Assembly: GCA_965235115.1 (NCBI GenBank)
Contig: OZ249451.1
Coordinates: 4,526,001-4,590,000, forward strand
Source of the DNA: Laetmonice hystrix
Lineage: Eukaryota
Direction: 5' to 3'
Length of the DNA: 64,000 nucleotides
Both the position numbers and the translations under genes were made by a program. The notes beneath the pieces were generated by a model. It had not been told where the DNA came from, did no database searches, and saw only the letters and a list, made by a program, of their open reading frames with translations. The stretch's first letter is position 1. The number at the start of each line of letters is the position of its first letter. Shown here one piece after another: positions 25,801-39,962 of this stretch.

Positions 25801-26747
25801 CCCATCACGACCGGGCATTGAAATGGATTCAAAAGATCGGGAAATGACCCCCAGGGTAACTTGCTGACCTCAGGGCTGCCTTGCTGCGTTACATACGGGA
25901 CAGATACCAGCATATAGTGTCGTATAGACACAGGTCAGTTGATGGTCAACTTTTGCAGACAAGAGTCACCTGTTAGGAAGAAAGAGGGTGCATATATACT
26001 GACCTCATCTGACCTTGAACCTTGACCTGATAGCTGTACGAGCTTTTCACAGGTCATTATTGCCTGGCAACAGTATTTGAAAAGAATGAGTACGTATATA
26101 TGAGGAAAGTGATCTTCCTCAAGTCCCCACTGAGATATGTCCAAAGGCTAAATCCCTGTACATATCATCGCTTGTCATAAACAACAAACTTGCCAATTGT
26201 TGGTGCTTTCATGTACAGACGCCCCAGAGTGTTACAAGAAGAAAAGATAGCTATAAACAGTCTAAGGGTTAACGACAGGTCACAGTCTACCAGAGGGTTA
26301 ATGATGGTCACCAGCAGCCCAAGGGTTAGCGAAGGGTACGCTGACCCAGTATCATTCACCTCAACGTTTCAGTCTGGCGTCGAACGCCGTAGGTTGTGGG
26401 TTCCTTCCGGTCTACCCAAACCAAGCTGCCAAGTGTTTACTAGGCGTGTCGCAGTGTACAAAATGTCCCTCTTCTGCGAAATCTCCGCTAGCAATTAGTG
26501 GAAGAAGAGTTGTAGAACGTATGTACCTTCCCAGCAATCTGTAAAGAGTGTGTTTTTGCAGAGGATCAGGCCAAAGGGCACTTTACATAGAATAGCCATA
26601 CATTTCCGGGTTTCCAAGACGCAAGAGACATCCTTTGGGTGCTGTACCACAGTTTCAAAGGTGTTTTATGACTGATGTGAATTTTTGCCATATATGAATG
26701 TAATTATATAGAATGGGATTATGTCAATATTGAGATTATAGATTGCC

Positions 26748-26935
26748 CCTGGGTCCGGTTTTTAGTTTGCAAACCGAGTCTTAGGATTCAAACCTTAAGA
26801 TTGAACTCTTGTTTCTGAGCTTCTGGTTGGTTCTTCAAATGAAGTCAGCCAATGAGGGACTATAACACAAGTCAGTTTTAACATTCCAGTCTTACGATTG
26901 GTAAAATGACGGACCAAAACCCGGGCACAGGGATT
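26748..26935 (-). repeat. Dispersed repeat copy 1 (inverse partner at 40490-40680)
   Basis: The reverse complement matches 40490-40680, e.g. tttgcaaac, cttaagattgaactcttgtttc and cttcaaatga-tcagccaatgag. Confidence 0.75.
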
Positions 26936-29007
26936 AGCCGGATTGTATGAGGTGGTGTTTGAGTGGGATGATTTCAGTAGATAAAGACCAAGAATGTGTC
27001 TGGTTGGAGTGAGAAACCTATTGCACCGGTCCTTGGCCGGGATACCAGTTCTGGAGTCTTTAGGTACGGTAACATATTCATTCATTGTAGTATATTCATG
27101 CACGCGATGCTCTTCATGCCAGTTTAACCCGTGCTACTTGCCAATATTTTACTTCTGTTCAATCATTAAGCAATTACCAAATCTCGTCAGAGTCAAAAAG
27201 TGTTAGCTTTGTCCCCGACAACTTTCAATGTGTTTTAAGGGTGTCTAGAGGGTGATTATATCAACCCTCGATTAGCCAACACATGTCAAGTCGCCCGCAC
27301 ATGACCCGTTACCCCACGATCTTTTACCCCTACCCCTCCCACCCACCCAACCACCCACCCAACCACCCGCCGCTGCAACACTTGGTGACAGCGCACCTGC
27401 AAGAAGAGCATTTTTGGCCACTAAATACAATTTTTTTTCGTACCCTGACCTAGATCTAAAACATTCCAGCGGTCGATTATATATATAAAAAGGTTGGGTG
27501 GGTTAGGATGCATGGGGTGAACAGGTTCAGACGGATACGGTATACTAATAAAGTGTATATTATCATACCAGAGAGGGCAGAAATATCGGACCCACCAACT
27601 GCACACTGCGAATTCCATCTCTTCAATTATATTGCAAGTAACGGCGAGTATGTATGAAAAACTTGACAACGCCAGTTAGGCGACGGTTAAAGAAAATCAC
27701 CTTGACTATACACCATACCTTGGTGGCCTGTTGTATTGCCCTGACCTGCTCTGCCCCGGTAGAGGTAAACATATATATGTCATTCAGTATAGAACTGGGG
27801 GAGGGGTGTGTGTAGTCGGGGGGGGGGGGCAAATAATGCAGTCAGATCTTACCATGATAACATCGTACATTCCGGTTGTTCATGACCTAGTAAAGTCAGC
27901 GTATAACAATAAGGCAAAAAAGTTTCGTTTCTTGTCCGCTCAGATAAAAAAAAAAACTGGTGCGGTGACGCCCGATTCTTAGAATGCAATTGCTGTTGGG
28001 TACATGAAGAAATCCTGAAGAATTTTACAAAACTGGTGTAATAATGATGTTCAATATTTGTGATAAAGAACGTGAAAAATCTCCACCACACGCCACAGAA
28101 CCGTTTCAACGTTCTAACACAACGCAACACCGCCCACCACAAATTGGAGTTTTCAGGAAAAAAGACTTAACGCGGGAGGCTTTAGGGGACGCGCGAGGGG
28201 ACAAAATGAAACTTTTTGTTTGGCCTAACAGAACTCGGAAAAAGCGGAATAATACAGAATTATGTTACGGTGGGGCACAAGGGGGCGGCAGCAGTTGAAT
28301 GAAGACACTGAAAGTGGCCCATTGTAGGAAAACCAGTTAGAGAGGCGTGCAGAGGGCCCAGGTCAAGGCGATCCATACTCGACACGCAATGACCCCCTCG
28401 GGTCGTACCCTACTGCAAGCCTTCTGAGTCAGCCACCCTCTCCCCACCCCACCCAACATATAACAGTCAAGTGGCCTATATTATGGGTATAGACATGTCA
28501 CTGTACCTCTGTGACAAGAAAGGAAAATATGAAATATTTCAATTCGTAACTTTACAACGTTATGGTTTATTTTAGCCTGGAGCACAGTGTCCCGGTACGC
28601 TGTTTCCGGTTTTGTTCAGTTCCCGACTGTCCGTTTTTCACCTTATTGGCAACAACCCAGAAAAGGGGCTCGCCTTATTATTAGACTATCCTTGTTAATT
28701 AATATGGCATAGTTAGCATTCCTCATAAAAGGGAGTTTCCTTGCGATTTCTGCCCTATTGCGCCCACTGTGAGCGGTTCTTGCAATCGGTATGCCAATAT
28801 CTACAAAGTATGGAAAGAGGTATTGGAGTTGTACGTTGCCTGCATAACTCTTTGAAGAGAGTCGTGAAACTACGTACACCCGAATCACGACTCGTGCAAT
28901 TCGTGCCCGTTCGTGCGTTATTAGACCGACTGTCTTTGGCCTAAATATTCCCCAGTCCCTTGTTAAGTCTATAGGTAGCTTTTTCCAAAATAAGGACATA
29001 ATGTTTA

Positions 29008-29209
29008 AATCCGGTCATACACGACCCGACTCAACTCAGCTCCATCCAACTAGTTTTTCTTTACATTGAATACCACCTCACACCTCGCCCAACCTGACCC
29101 CATTCAAACGACCCCGACTGGCTCTGATCGAATGGGGGAGGGGGGGGGGAGAGATACATGAAAAAAAGTTGCAGTGAGTTGAGTCGGGTCGGTACGTGTA
29201 TGCGGGCTT
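29008..29209. mobile_element. MITE with terminal inverted repeats, possibly PIF/Harbinger (Tourist-like)
   Basis: catacacgacccgactcaactca on the left versus tgagttgagtcgggtcggtacgtgtatg on the right; TTA/TAG-like flanks. Confidence 0.6.
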
Positions 29210-29771
29210 TAGGTCCTCACTATAGTTTTCTGATTCGAACGTAAAGGTATAGGCGCAGACTGGTCATCGTCAGAATCACTCCTGTAAAACTGACCGAATT
29301 CTGTTCCTCTTATCTCCGAAACACAGCACAAGAAGCCCCGGTGCACGGGTTTCTTCCTATCACCTCATGATTATCACCCAATGGATTTCACCAACTAAGT
29401 TAGTTTGTTTTCGCCCTGATATAGCTGGAATACTGCTGAATGGGCGCCAAACACCAACAACTCACTTACTCTTGCCTGGCCCACACCTGGACAAGAAAAC
29501 ATTTTTTTAAACCCGTTTCCTTTTCGCAATGAAAAGACCGTGTCTCCTAGAATAAACACAGTGTCAGGATACTTCCATATAGCTACTGTACACATACTGG
29601 CCATAAGTATTGTAACATTGAAAAACACATCAAAGTCTAGTCTAAAGAACTGTGTAACAATAATTTGTTCCATTTCCTTTACTCTACTCAAGACGTCCTA
29701 AAAGTGCACTGATCTGAAGTCTGTTTTATGGTCTTGCCAGGAAACAAATCTTTCAATACTTTGTCGGATAA

Positions 29772-29999
29772 CTACGTGACCTGATAATTGCACGAATCGG
29801 TCATAACAATTTGACACCGATCTTCTCTCGGTGTGGTTTTCTTTAGACGACCACTGCTGTTTATTTTTTCATGGTCACTAGTTTGTTGGTACTTAATCGC
29901 CCACACTCTGAACACCGTTTGACGGCAGAGGCGAAGACGTCTGGCTATGTCCTGCTCCGAAACAGCTTCCTCTCTCAGAGATGACTTGACGTTCAGCAT
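29772..29999 (-). mobile_element. Tc1-family transposase N-terminal (paired-like HTH) remnant
   Basis: IARRLRLCRQTVFRVWAIKYQQTSDHEKINSSGRLKKTTPREDR fits the Tc1 pattern IAxxLxxSxxTVxRIxxKYxxTG...RSGRPRKTTxREDR. No DDE domain recognised. Confidence 0.7.
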
Positions 30000-30008
30000 T
30001 TGTAAGAT

Positions 30009-33000
30009 ACACCAGCCCTACACACTTCCTGCCTCTACAATAACTGGCAAGAAGGTTAACCACCAGCCCTACACACTTCCTGCCTCTACAATAACTGGCA
30101 AGAAGGTTAACCACCAGCCTACACACTTCCTGCCTCTACAATAACTGGCAAGAAGGTTAACCACCAGCCTACACACTTCCTGCCTCTACAATAACTGGCA
30201 AGAAGGTTAACCACCAGCCCTACACACTTCCTGCCTCTACTATAACTGGCAAGAAGGTTAACCACCAGCCCTACACACTTCCTGTCTCTACTATAACTGG
30301 CAAGAAGGTTAACCACCAGCCCTACACACTTCCTGTCTCTACTATAACTGGCAAGAAGGTTAACCACCAGCCCTACACACTTCCTGTCTCTACTATAACT
30401 GGCAAGAAGGTTAACCACCAGCCTACACACTTCCTGCCTCTACAATAACTGGCAAGAAGGTTAACCACCAGCCCTACACACTTCCTGCCTCTACTATAAC
30501 TGGCAAGAAGGTTAACCACCAGCCTACACACTTCCTGCCTCTACAATAACTGGCAAGAAGGTTAACCACCAGCCCTACACACTTCCTGCCTCTACAATAA
30601 CTGGCAAGAAGGTTAACCACCAGCCCTGCACACTTTCTCCCCTACAATAACTGGCAAGAAGGTTAACCACCAGCCCTACACACTTCCTGTCTCTACTATA
30701 ACTGGCAAGAAGGTTAACCACCAGCCCTACACACTTCCTGCCTCTACTATAACTGGCAAGAAGGTTAACCACCAGCCCTACACACTTCCTGCCTCTACTA
30801 TAACTGGCAAGAAGGTTAACCACCAGCCTACACACTTCCTGCCTCTACAATAACTGGCAAGAAGGTTAACCACCAGCCTACACACTTCCTGCCTCTACAA
30901 TAACTGGCAAGAAGGTTAACCACCAGCCCTACACACTTCCTGCCTCTACAATAACTGGCAAGAAGGTTAACCACCAGCCCTACACACTTCCTGTCTCTAC
31001 TATAACTGGCAAGAAGGTTAACCACCAGCCCTACACACTTCCTGTCTCTACTATAACTGGCAAGAAGGTTAACCACCAGCCTACACACTTCCTGCCTCTA
31101 CTATAACTGGCAAGAAGGTTAACCACCAGCCCTACACACTTCCTCCCCTACTATAACTGGCAAGAAGGTTAACCACCAGCCTACACACTTCCTGCCTCTA
31201 CTATAACTGGCAAGAAGGTTAACCACCAGCCCTACACACTTCCTCCCTCTACTATAACTGGCAAGAAGGTTAACCACCAGCCCTACACACTTCCTGTCTC
31301 TACAATAACTGGCAAGAAGGTTAACCACCAGCCCTACACACTTCCTGTCTCTACAATAACTGGCAAGAAGGTTAACCACCAGCCCTACACACTTCCTGTC
31401 TCTACAATAACTGGCAAGAAGGTTAACCACCAGCCCTACACACTTCCTGTCTCTACAATAACTGGCAAGAAGGTTAACCACCAGCCCTACACACTTCCTT
31501 CCCTACTATAACTGGCAAGAAGGTTAACCACCAGCCCTACACACTTCCTGCCTCTACTATAACTGGCAAGAAGGTTAACCACCAGCCCTACACACTTCCT
31601 GCCTCTACTATAACTGGCAAGAAGGTTAACCACCAGCCCTACACACTTCCTGCCTCTACTATAACTGGCAAGAAGGTTAACCACCAGCCTACACACTTCC
31701 TGCCTCTACACTGGCAAGAAGGTTAACCACCAGCCCTACACACTTCCTGCCTCTACTATAACTGGCAAGAAGGTTAACCACCAGCCCTACACACTTCCTG
31801 CCTCTACTATAACTGGCAAGAAGGTTAACCACCAGCCCTACACACTTCCTGCCTCTACTATAACTGGCAAGAAGGTTAACCACCAGCCCTACACACTTCC
31901 TGCCTCTACTATAACTGGCAAGAAGGTTAACCACCAGCCCTACACACTTCCTGCCTCTACTATAACTGGCAAGAAGGTTAACCACCAGCCCTACACACTT
32001 CCTGCCTCTACTATAACTGGCAAGAAGGTTAACCACCAGCCTACACACTTCCTGCCTCTACAATAACTGGCAAGAAGGTTAACCACCAGCCCTACACACT
32101 TCCTGCCTCTACTATAACTGGCAAGAAGGTTAACCACCAGCCCTACACACTTCCTGCCTCTACTATAACTGGCAAGAAGGTTAACCACCAGCCCTACACA
32201 CTTCCTGCCTCTACAATAACTGGCAAGAAGGTTAACCACCAGCCCTACACACTTCCTGTCTCTACTATAACTGGCAAGAAGGTTAACCACCAGCCCTACA
32301 CACTTCCTCCCTCTACTATAACTGGCAAGAAGGTTAACCACCAGCCCTGCACACTTCCTGCCTCTACTATAACTGGCAAGAAGGTTAACCACCAGCCCTA
32401 CACACTTCCTCCCTCTACTATAACTGGCAAGAAGGTTAACCACCAGCCCTGCACACTTCCTGCCTCTACTATAACTGGCAAGAAGGTTAACCACCAGCCC
32501 TGCACACTTCCTGCCTCTACTATAACTGGCAAGAAGGTTAACCACCAGCCCTACACACTTCCTGCCTCTACTATAACTGGCAAGAAGGTTAACCACCAGC
32601 CCTGCACACTTCCTGCCTCTACTATAACTGGCAAGAAGGTTAACCACCAGCCCTACACACTTCCTCCCTCTACTATAACTGGCAAGAAGGTTAACCACCA
32701 GCCCTACACACTTCCTCCCTCTACTATAACTGGCAAGAAGGTTAACCACCAGCCCTGCACACTTCCTGCCTCTACTATAACTGGCAAGAAGGTTAACCAC
32801 CAGCCCTGCACACTTCCTGCCTCTACTATAACTGGCAAGAAGGTTAACCACCAGCCCTACACACTTCCTCCCTCTACTATAACTGGCAAGAAGGTTAACC
32901 ACCAGCCCTACACACTTCCTCCCTCTACTATAACTGGCAAGAAGGTTAACCACCAGCCCTACACACTTCCTCCCTCTACTATAACTGGCAAGAAGGTTAA

Positions 33001-33961
33001 CCACCAGCCCTACACACTTCCTGTCTCTACTATAACTGGCAAGAAGGTTAACCACCAGCCCTACACACTTCCTGTCTCTACTATAACTGGCAAGAAGGTT
33101 AACCACCAGCCCTGCACACTTCCTCCCTCTACTATAACTGGCAAGAAGGTTAACCACCAGCCCTGCACACTTCCTGCCTCTACTATAACTGGCAAGAAGG
33201 TTAACCACCAGCCCTACACACTTCCTCCCTCTACTATAACTGGCAAGAAGGTTAACCACCAGCCCTACACACTTCCTGTCTCTACTATAACTGGCAAGAA
33301 GGTTAACCACCAGCCCTGCACACTTCCTGCCTCTACTATAACTGGCAAGAAGGTTAACCACCAGCCCTGCACACTTCCTGCCTCTACTATAACTGGCAAG
33401 AAGGTTAACCACCAGCCTACACACTTCCTGCCTCTACTATACCTGGCAAGAAGGTTAACCACCAGCCTACACACTTCCTGCCTCTACTATAACTGGCAAG
33501 AAGGTTAACCACCAGCCTACACACTTCCTGCCTCTACTATACCTGGCAAGAAGGTTAACCACCAGCCCTACACACTTCCTGCCTCTACTATAACTGGCAA
33601 GAAGGTTAACCACCAGCCCTACACACTTCCTGCCTCTACTATAACTGGCAAGAAGGTTAACCACCAGCCCTACACACTTCCTGCCTCTACTATAACTGGC
33701 AAGAAGGTTAACCACCAGCCCTACACACTTCCTCCCTCTACTATAACTGGCAAGAAGGTTAACCACCAGCCCTACACACTTCCTGTCTCCACTATAACTG
33801 GCAAGAAGGTTAACCACCAGCCCTACACACTTCCTCCCTCTACTATAACTGGCAAGAAGGTTAACCACCAGCCCTACACACTTCCTCCCTCTACTATAAC
33901 TGGCAAGAAGGTTAACCACCAGCCCTACACACTTCCTGTCTCCACTATAACTGGCAAGAAG
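30009..33961. repeat. 51-bp satellite array, about 4 kb, roughly 77-78 copies (CACCAGCCCTACACACTTCCTGCCTCTACTATAACTGGCAAGAAGGTTAAC)
   Basis: Highly homogeneous 51-nt units with occasional 50-nt variants. The minus-strand ORFs, including the 477-aa one, are the repeated unit translation. Confidence 0.98.
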
Positions 33962-34462
33962 CCATAGTTTGACAAGATGTGGTTACTGTCTCGGCACGTT
34001 CACTGATGTCGAGAATTTCTTTTGAAGTTGGTCGATTCACACCATTACGGGTGGGACTATTTCTCTGTGATCTTTAGTGGGCGATAATGGAGGACATTCA
34101 GTTCATTATCCAGGGCAGTTAGACGGAACGAATTGTGTACTTCGCCCGAGTCACCTCACTCAGGTTCAACTTCTTGTTTCGCAAACACTTGTACTTTAAA
34201 ATGCTTTCCTGTAATACTATCAGGGTATCAGTAGATTTTCGAGTCAAGAACCCCCAAAGAATTTATTGAAGATAATTTGGTTGAAAAAATGCCATTGGGG
34301 AGGTCTAGGCCTACAAAACTATCTGGGTTAGTTATTCATGTACGTTTTTCTCAACACTTGAAAACTAGAGTATGCTGAAGGTATCATAGGACTCAGGGAA
34401 GACAAAGAGAGAGACAAACTTGTCCCTCAATTTGTGAAAACTTTTACCAACTGACTCCGATT

Positions 34463-34950
34463 GATTGTGTGAATCTATACTAGGATTCCCGATATGATTG
34501 TGTAAATCTATACCAGGATTCCCGATGTGATTGTGTGAATCTATACCAGGATTCCCAATGTTATTGTGTGAATCTATACCAGGATTCCCGATGTGATTCT
34601 ATACCAGAATTGCTGACCCTAACCCTGCACCGACTGATCGTAGTAAAAGATTGTGTGAATCTATACCAGGATTGCCGACCCTAATCCTGCACCGACTGAT
34701 CATAGTAAAATATTGTGTGAATCTATACCAGGATTGCCGACCCTAACCCTGCACCGACTGATCATAGTAAAATATTGTGTGAATCTATACCAGGATTGCC
34801 GACCCTCCTGCACCGACTGATCATAGTAAAATATTGTGTGAATCTATACCAGGATTGCCGACCCTAATCCTGCACCGACTGATCATAGTAAAATATTGTG
34901 TGAATCTATACCAGGATTGCCGACCCTAATCCTGCACCGACTGATCATAG
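34463..34950. repeat. Left arm of a 62-bp satellite, beginning with four 33-bp subunits
   Basis: (g/t)attgtgt(g/a)aatc recurs at 34463, 34496, 34529 and 34562 (33-bp period), then 62-bp units follow. Confidence 0.9.
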
Positions 34951-36670
34951 TTTTTTTTATTTTTTTATTCAATTTGTTATACTGGCCTCTTGTCGGCACA
35001 CGCCGGTTTTCATCTAGAAGCCAGTTTACAACACCGTCCATAGACGACATAAACAACAGTCATACAAACACAACAGAATGATGTTGATGAAAATTATAGG
35101 AACCACTTATACAAACCTTCACAGTAGTTAGAGGTTTGGTCGGGGGGGGGGGTCTGGGCACACAATAGTTAACTGTACAGGATTAGGTAGGGTGATACAG
35201 ACTAAGCTGTAACGTTAGAAACAATAGAATTAGACAACCACTTCTTCTGAATTGCTTTAAAGGACAAAAACGGGTCTATTTTCCTTATTTCAGCCGGTAA
35301 GCAGTTCCATTCATTTGCCCCCGCATATTGTACACTCCTTTTATAGGCCTCACAATTTTGCGTGTTTATTTTAAAAATTGGTGCATCCCGGGCCCTAGTT
35401 GCAACTCTGGATTGGTCAATTAACGATAGATCACTTTTCTTTTTATACATATAATTGAGCATGTGGGTCTTCCTCCTGTTGACAAGAGTGGCTACTTTGG
35501 CTTTCCTATGGATTTCATCTGTTGAGGTACGCGAATGGACACTTAGACATAGTTTTAGACATCTATTTTGAAGTCTTTGTAGTTTATCTAGGTTTGCAGT
35601 GGTTGATTTGAAATATATCACGTCTGCATAATCAAAATATGGCAATATCATTGTTTTGTACACAGTTAAAGCAGCATTTTCTGTCAGATATTTCCTAATT
35701 TTACTTAGAACGTAGGCTTTGTGGGCTATTGTCTTTACCATCGACGAAACATGATTGCTAAAAGTAAGAGTATTGTCTAAGATAACACCTAGGTACTTAT
35801 AGGTTGGCACCATTTGTAATATGCTTTCGTTAATAGACAGTTCTATTTTGCCTAGTTTTTTAGGGCTTTTCTAGTGCCAAATGCCATAGTTTTAGTCTTA
35901 TTAACATTAATGGTTAGGGCATTGCTGGCACACCATTGAGAAAACTTGTCTAGTGAATTTTGCAGACCTTTCAGCGCCACATCATTCGAGCCATCACTAC
36001 ATGAAATAGCAGTGTCATCTGCATATAAGAATAGCGGGGACTCGCCTATGGCCCCTTGTACATCATTCACATACACCAGGAAGAAAAGGGGTCCTAGAAT
36101 GGACCCCTGCGGGACACCGCACTCGACATTTAAAAGTGTTGAAGTCCGGCCATTTACTTTTGTTCTCTGCTTTCTGTTAGCCAAGTAGCTAGTAAACCAT
36201 TTAAGGTTTGTGCTGCGCAACCCCATATGCTCTAGTTTACTGCATAAAATTCTATGATTCACTGTGTCAAAGGCTTTTTTTTAGATCGATAAACACTGCG
36301 ACAGTAGTTTTCTTGTTATTGATTGAATCAAAGATGCTGTTAGTTAGGTCAGCTATAGTGTTAATAGTAGAATGATTCGGGCGAAAACCTCCTTGAACCG
36401 CGCTTAGCAAGCCATTGGCTTCAAAGAAATTCATTATATTGGAGTGGACAATTTTCTCTAGCAACTTTCCTGGTAGGGGGAGTAACGATATTGGTCTATA
36501 ATTTCCTACATCTTCTCTGTCGCCTCCCTTGAACACTGGAATTATTGTAGCTCTTTTCCATGCGTCCGGGAAGATACCAGTACGCAGCGAGGTATTAAAG
36601 ATGTGGGACAGTTGGGGGATAAGTGCTAGTAAAGCATCCTTCAGTACTCTGGCAGATAGGTGATCAATAC
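34951..36670 (-). mobile_element. 5'-truncated CR1/L2-group non-LTR retrotransposon (RT domain, C-terminus, 3' UTR, A-rich tail)
   Basis: Motifs NYRPISLL, QGGFRPNHST, FIDLKK/AFDTVNH, GVPQGSILGPLFF, LYADDT and YKYLGVILD. Tail gaataaaaaaataaaaaaaa. CATAG TSD at 34946-34950 and 36671-36675. Two frameshifts in A-runs. Confidence 0.95.
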
Positions 36671-37592
36671 CATAGTAAAATATTGTGTGAATCTATACCA
36701 GGATTGCCGACCCTAATCCTGCACCGACTGATCATAGTAAAATATTGTGTGAATCTATACCAGGATTGCTGACCCTAACCCTGCACTGACTGATCGTAGT
36801 AAAAGATTGTGTGAATCTATACAAGGATTGCCGACCCTAACCCTGCACCGACTGATCGTAGTAAAAGATTGTGTGAATCTATACCAGGATTGCTGACCCT
36901 AATCCTGCACCGACTGATCGTAGTAAAAGATTGTGTGAATCTATACAAGGATTGCCGACCCTAATCCTGCACCGACTGATCGTAGTAAAAGATTGTGTGA
37001 ATCTATACCAGGATTGCTGACCCTAATCCTGCACCGACTGATCGTAGTAAAAGATTGTGTGAATCTATACAAGGATTGCCGACCCTAACCCTGCACCGAC
37101 TGATCGTAGTAAAAGATTGTGTGAATCTATACCAGGATTGCTGACCCTAATCCTGCACCGACTGATCGTAGTAAAAGATTGTGTGAATCTATACAAGGAT
37201 TGCCGACCCTAATCCTGCACCGACTGATCGTAGTAAAAGATTGTGTGAATCTATACCAGGATTGCCGATCCTAACCCTGCACCGACTGATCGTAGTAAAA
37301 GATTGTGTGAATCTATACAAGGATTGCCGACCCTAATCCTGCACTGACTGATCGTAGTAAAAGATTGTGTGAATCTATACAAGGATTGCCGACCCTAACC
37401 CTGCACCGACTGATCGTAGTAAAAGATTGTGTGAATCTATACAAGGATTGCCGACCCTAACCCTGCACCGACTGATCGTAGTAAAAGATTTTGTGAATCT
37501 ATACCAGGATTGCCGACCCTAACCCTGCACCGACTGATCGTAGTAAAAGATTGTGTGAATCTATACCAGGATTGTCGACCCTAACCCTGCAC
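36671..37592. repeat. Right arm of the 62-bp satellite, about 15 copies
   Basis: 62-nt period resumes in register after the LINE. Confidence 0.95.
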
Positions 37593-39675
37593 CCCCACTT
37601 TCAGAACAACCCATGTCACCACCCGAGGTCTGGTAATCACTGATCTGTACCCTAACTTTTATATTTGGATTGTTACTAGGAAACGACTTGAATGACAACG
37701 TTGATTATTGATTAGCTTTGCCCGAATGATAGATTAAGAGTGACCTCCGAGTGTGGGAACCCGCCGCTCTGATGACAGGACTCTTTGACAGCCTGTCGCA
37801 GCAAGAGGTTACACACGAGAACCAGGGGCCGAGGGGCGGGGGGAACTGCGAACAAAGGGGCACATCCATAAATATATCATATATTTATGATGAAATTCTA
37901 TTGTATATCTCGAATATTGCTCCAATATTGTTTTGTTACCTTAGGAACGATTGGCAGGTAATTTTTGTCGAAACCTTCCAATTCACGATACAGTCAGGGA
38001 CGAGTATAAAAACGCTGGTCTAAAATCGGTCACGTGACCATGAGGCGAGACCCCCACGGTCACGTGACTGCATCCCCCGCTCCCATGACACAAACAATGC
38101 GAATGTGTGCTGTAATCTTGGGGTTCGATTCCGGACATTTTGAAAGTGCCACGATGAGATACGTATCACGATACATAACACACGATACGATACATATCAA
38201 GTTTTCAAGTTATATTTTATTTATGCTAAGACTGCCACATGGAATCGGGAATTAGAAGCTTGGGTCAGATACTCTGTGTATTGTGAGCTATTCCAGCGAC
38301 ATATGGCACCTGAGATTTCATTCGAAACATATATCCTTAACATTCAGATAATACTAACGATTTCAGCTCATTCAGCTCCTCCCGAGTCCAAACGATTCGG
38401 AGTTGAGAGCAAGACTAACTGAGAACAACTAAAAATATAGGGATTGGTCTGACTGTTAGGTACGGAGTTTTAGAGGGTCCAAGTCCTCACGTTCGTATCT
38501 GGCGTCTGGAGACACACGATGCCCCATTGAGAGTCAACTGGTTTGGAACCTTGACGCAGATTGAACCCACTGACGGGGTACGGGTTCGATTGCTAGAACC
38601 CTTTAGAAGAGTTGTGTCCACCCATCACCGAGTTATACTCTCACCTCTCAAAGTGGACACACGCCAACCGAGCCGAACTCTTCGTACTGTCAGGAGACCC
38701 GAGTCTCGCCTTTGTCTACATTCCTACAGGATTCCTAATTGCTTTATGTATCCCACTCCAGGTCGAGGACCACAGAAAGGGTGTGCACATACATCAAACG
38801 TTCTGCTAGGATAAAAACAAAGTCCCGCCGAAATTAAAAGTATTCAAGTACTACAGATCATGAGTAAAGATTAAAGCCAAATTTTGATTGACATTTTACG
38901 TCTGCAAAATTTGTTTTAGTGAACATAAACAGATATTTTGAAAACCACCCAGCAAAATTGCGATGTGAGCGCTCTCTCATTGCAGTCACGTGTGCATGTC
39001 TTGATACCTATTTGATATGCAAATAAGAGTGCCAGTCGCAGGAATAAACTATTATTAGATGCTCTATTGTTGGGTCTTGAAACATCGACCAGGTTCCTGT
39101 CGATCTATAGGCCTACGTATACATGTATTTAGCCATCAGGCGTGTAGTTAGGAAAGTATGGGCGCATTGAAATGTCTGGAATTGAATTGTCAGGGCCGTA
39201 GCATGCTGGGGGAGGGGGCTGAGATTTCCATTGTTTTGTACCCCAGACCGCAGGTCGACCGGCCCAATGACGCGCTATCACGCGGTAGGCCTAGGCCCCT
39301 ATCTAGTTAATGTTCAGGGGACACTGCCCCCTGGGATTTTTGTGCAGGCTACGGCCCTGAGATATGATCCATAATATTCACCGACGTACCATCCCAGACA
39401 TTCCTTGAAACCATCCAACAACCTTAAGGACGTTGTAAAAAGGTCACCCCTCCCAGTTCCACCTGGTTGGTCAAGGCCTCCCTTCGCGATCACGTGACCC
39501 ACATTCCGACCTATCGCGACATAACCGGAGAAAAAGACAGAAAGTAGGTCAAACCCCACCAGGGGGTTTCATCTGAAGCGAAAAAGTCAATGTGTCATCG
39601 CATTATTTTGTTTTACAACGCGTTTTTGAGGAAAATATGTCAACAAGTGCTTTGAGTGCATTCAAATACAGCCGT

Positions 39676-39962
39676 CTGTGACCTTTAGATTTGACCACTC
39701 TGCCTTAGATGTACACCTGTAACTTTACCTTAGGGCAGTCCGGGGAGATAGTTGAAGTAAATCACGTTGATCATTCGTTGTCTGACTATAAAAGTGATAC
39801 GGTAACCCCTCGTCCCAGCCATCTGTGACTGTTAGATTTGACCATCCCGCCCGAGATGTACACCTGTAACTTTACCTTAGGCCAGTCTGGGGAGATAGTT
39901 GAAGTAAATCACATTGATCATTCGTTGTCTGGCAATAAAAGTGATACGGTAACCCCTCGTCT
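39676..39962. repeat. Tandem duplication, 2 x about 147 bp, diverged
   Basis: ctgtgac..tagatttgacc starts at 39676 and 39823; shared agatgtacacctgtaactttaccttagg and gatacggtaacccctcgtc. Confidence 0.85.

Noticed and set aside
27654-27764. MKNLTTPVRRRLKK...TLVACCIALTCSAPVE with donor GAG|gtaaac as a first exon
   Set aside because: The hydrophobic core is short and no compatible downstream exon was found.
29893-33919. Long minus-strand ORFs (up to 477 aa) of CVGLVVNLLASYSRGRK repeats
   Set aside because: They are translations of a 51-bp satellite, broken wherever a 50-bp unit occurs, and have no splice or start context.
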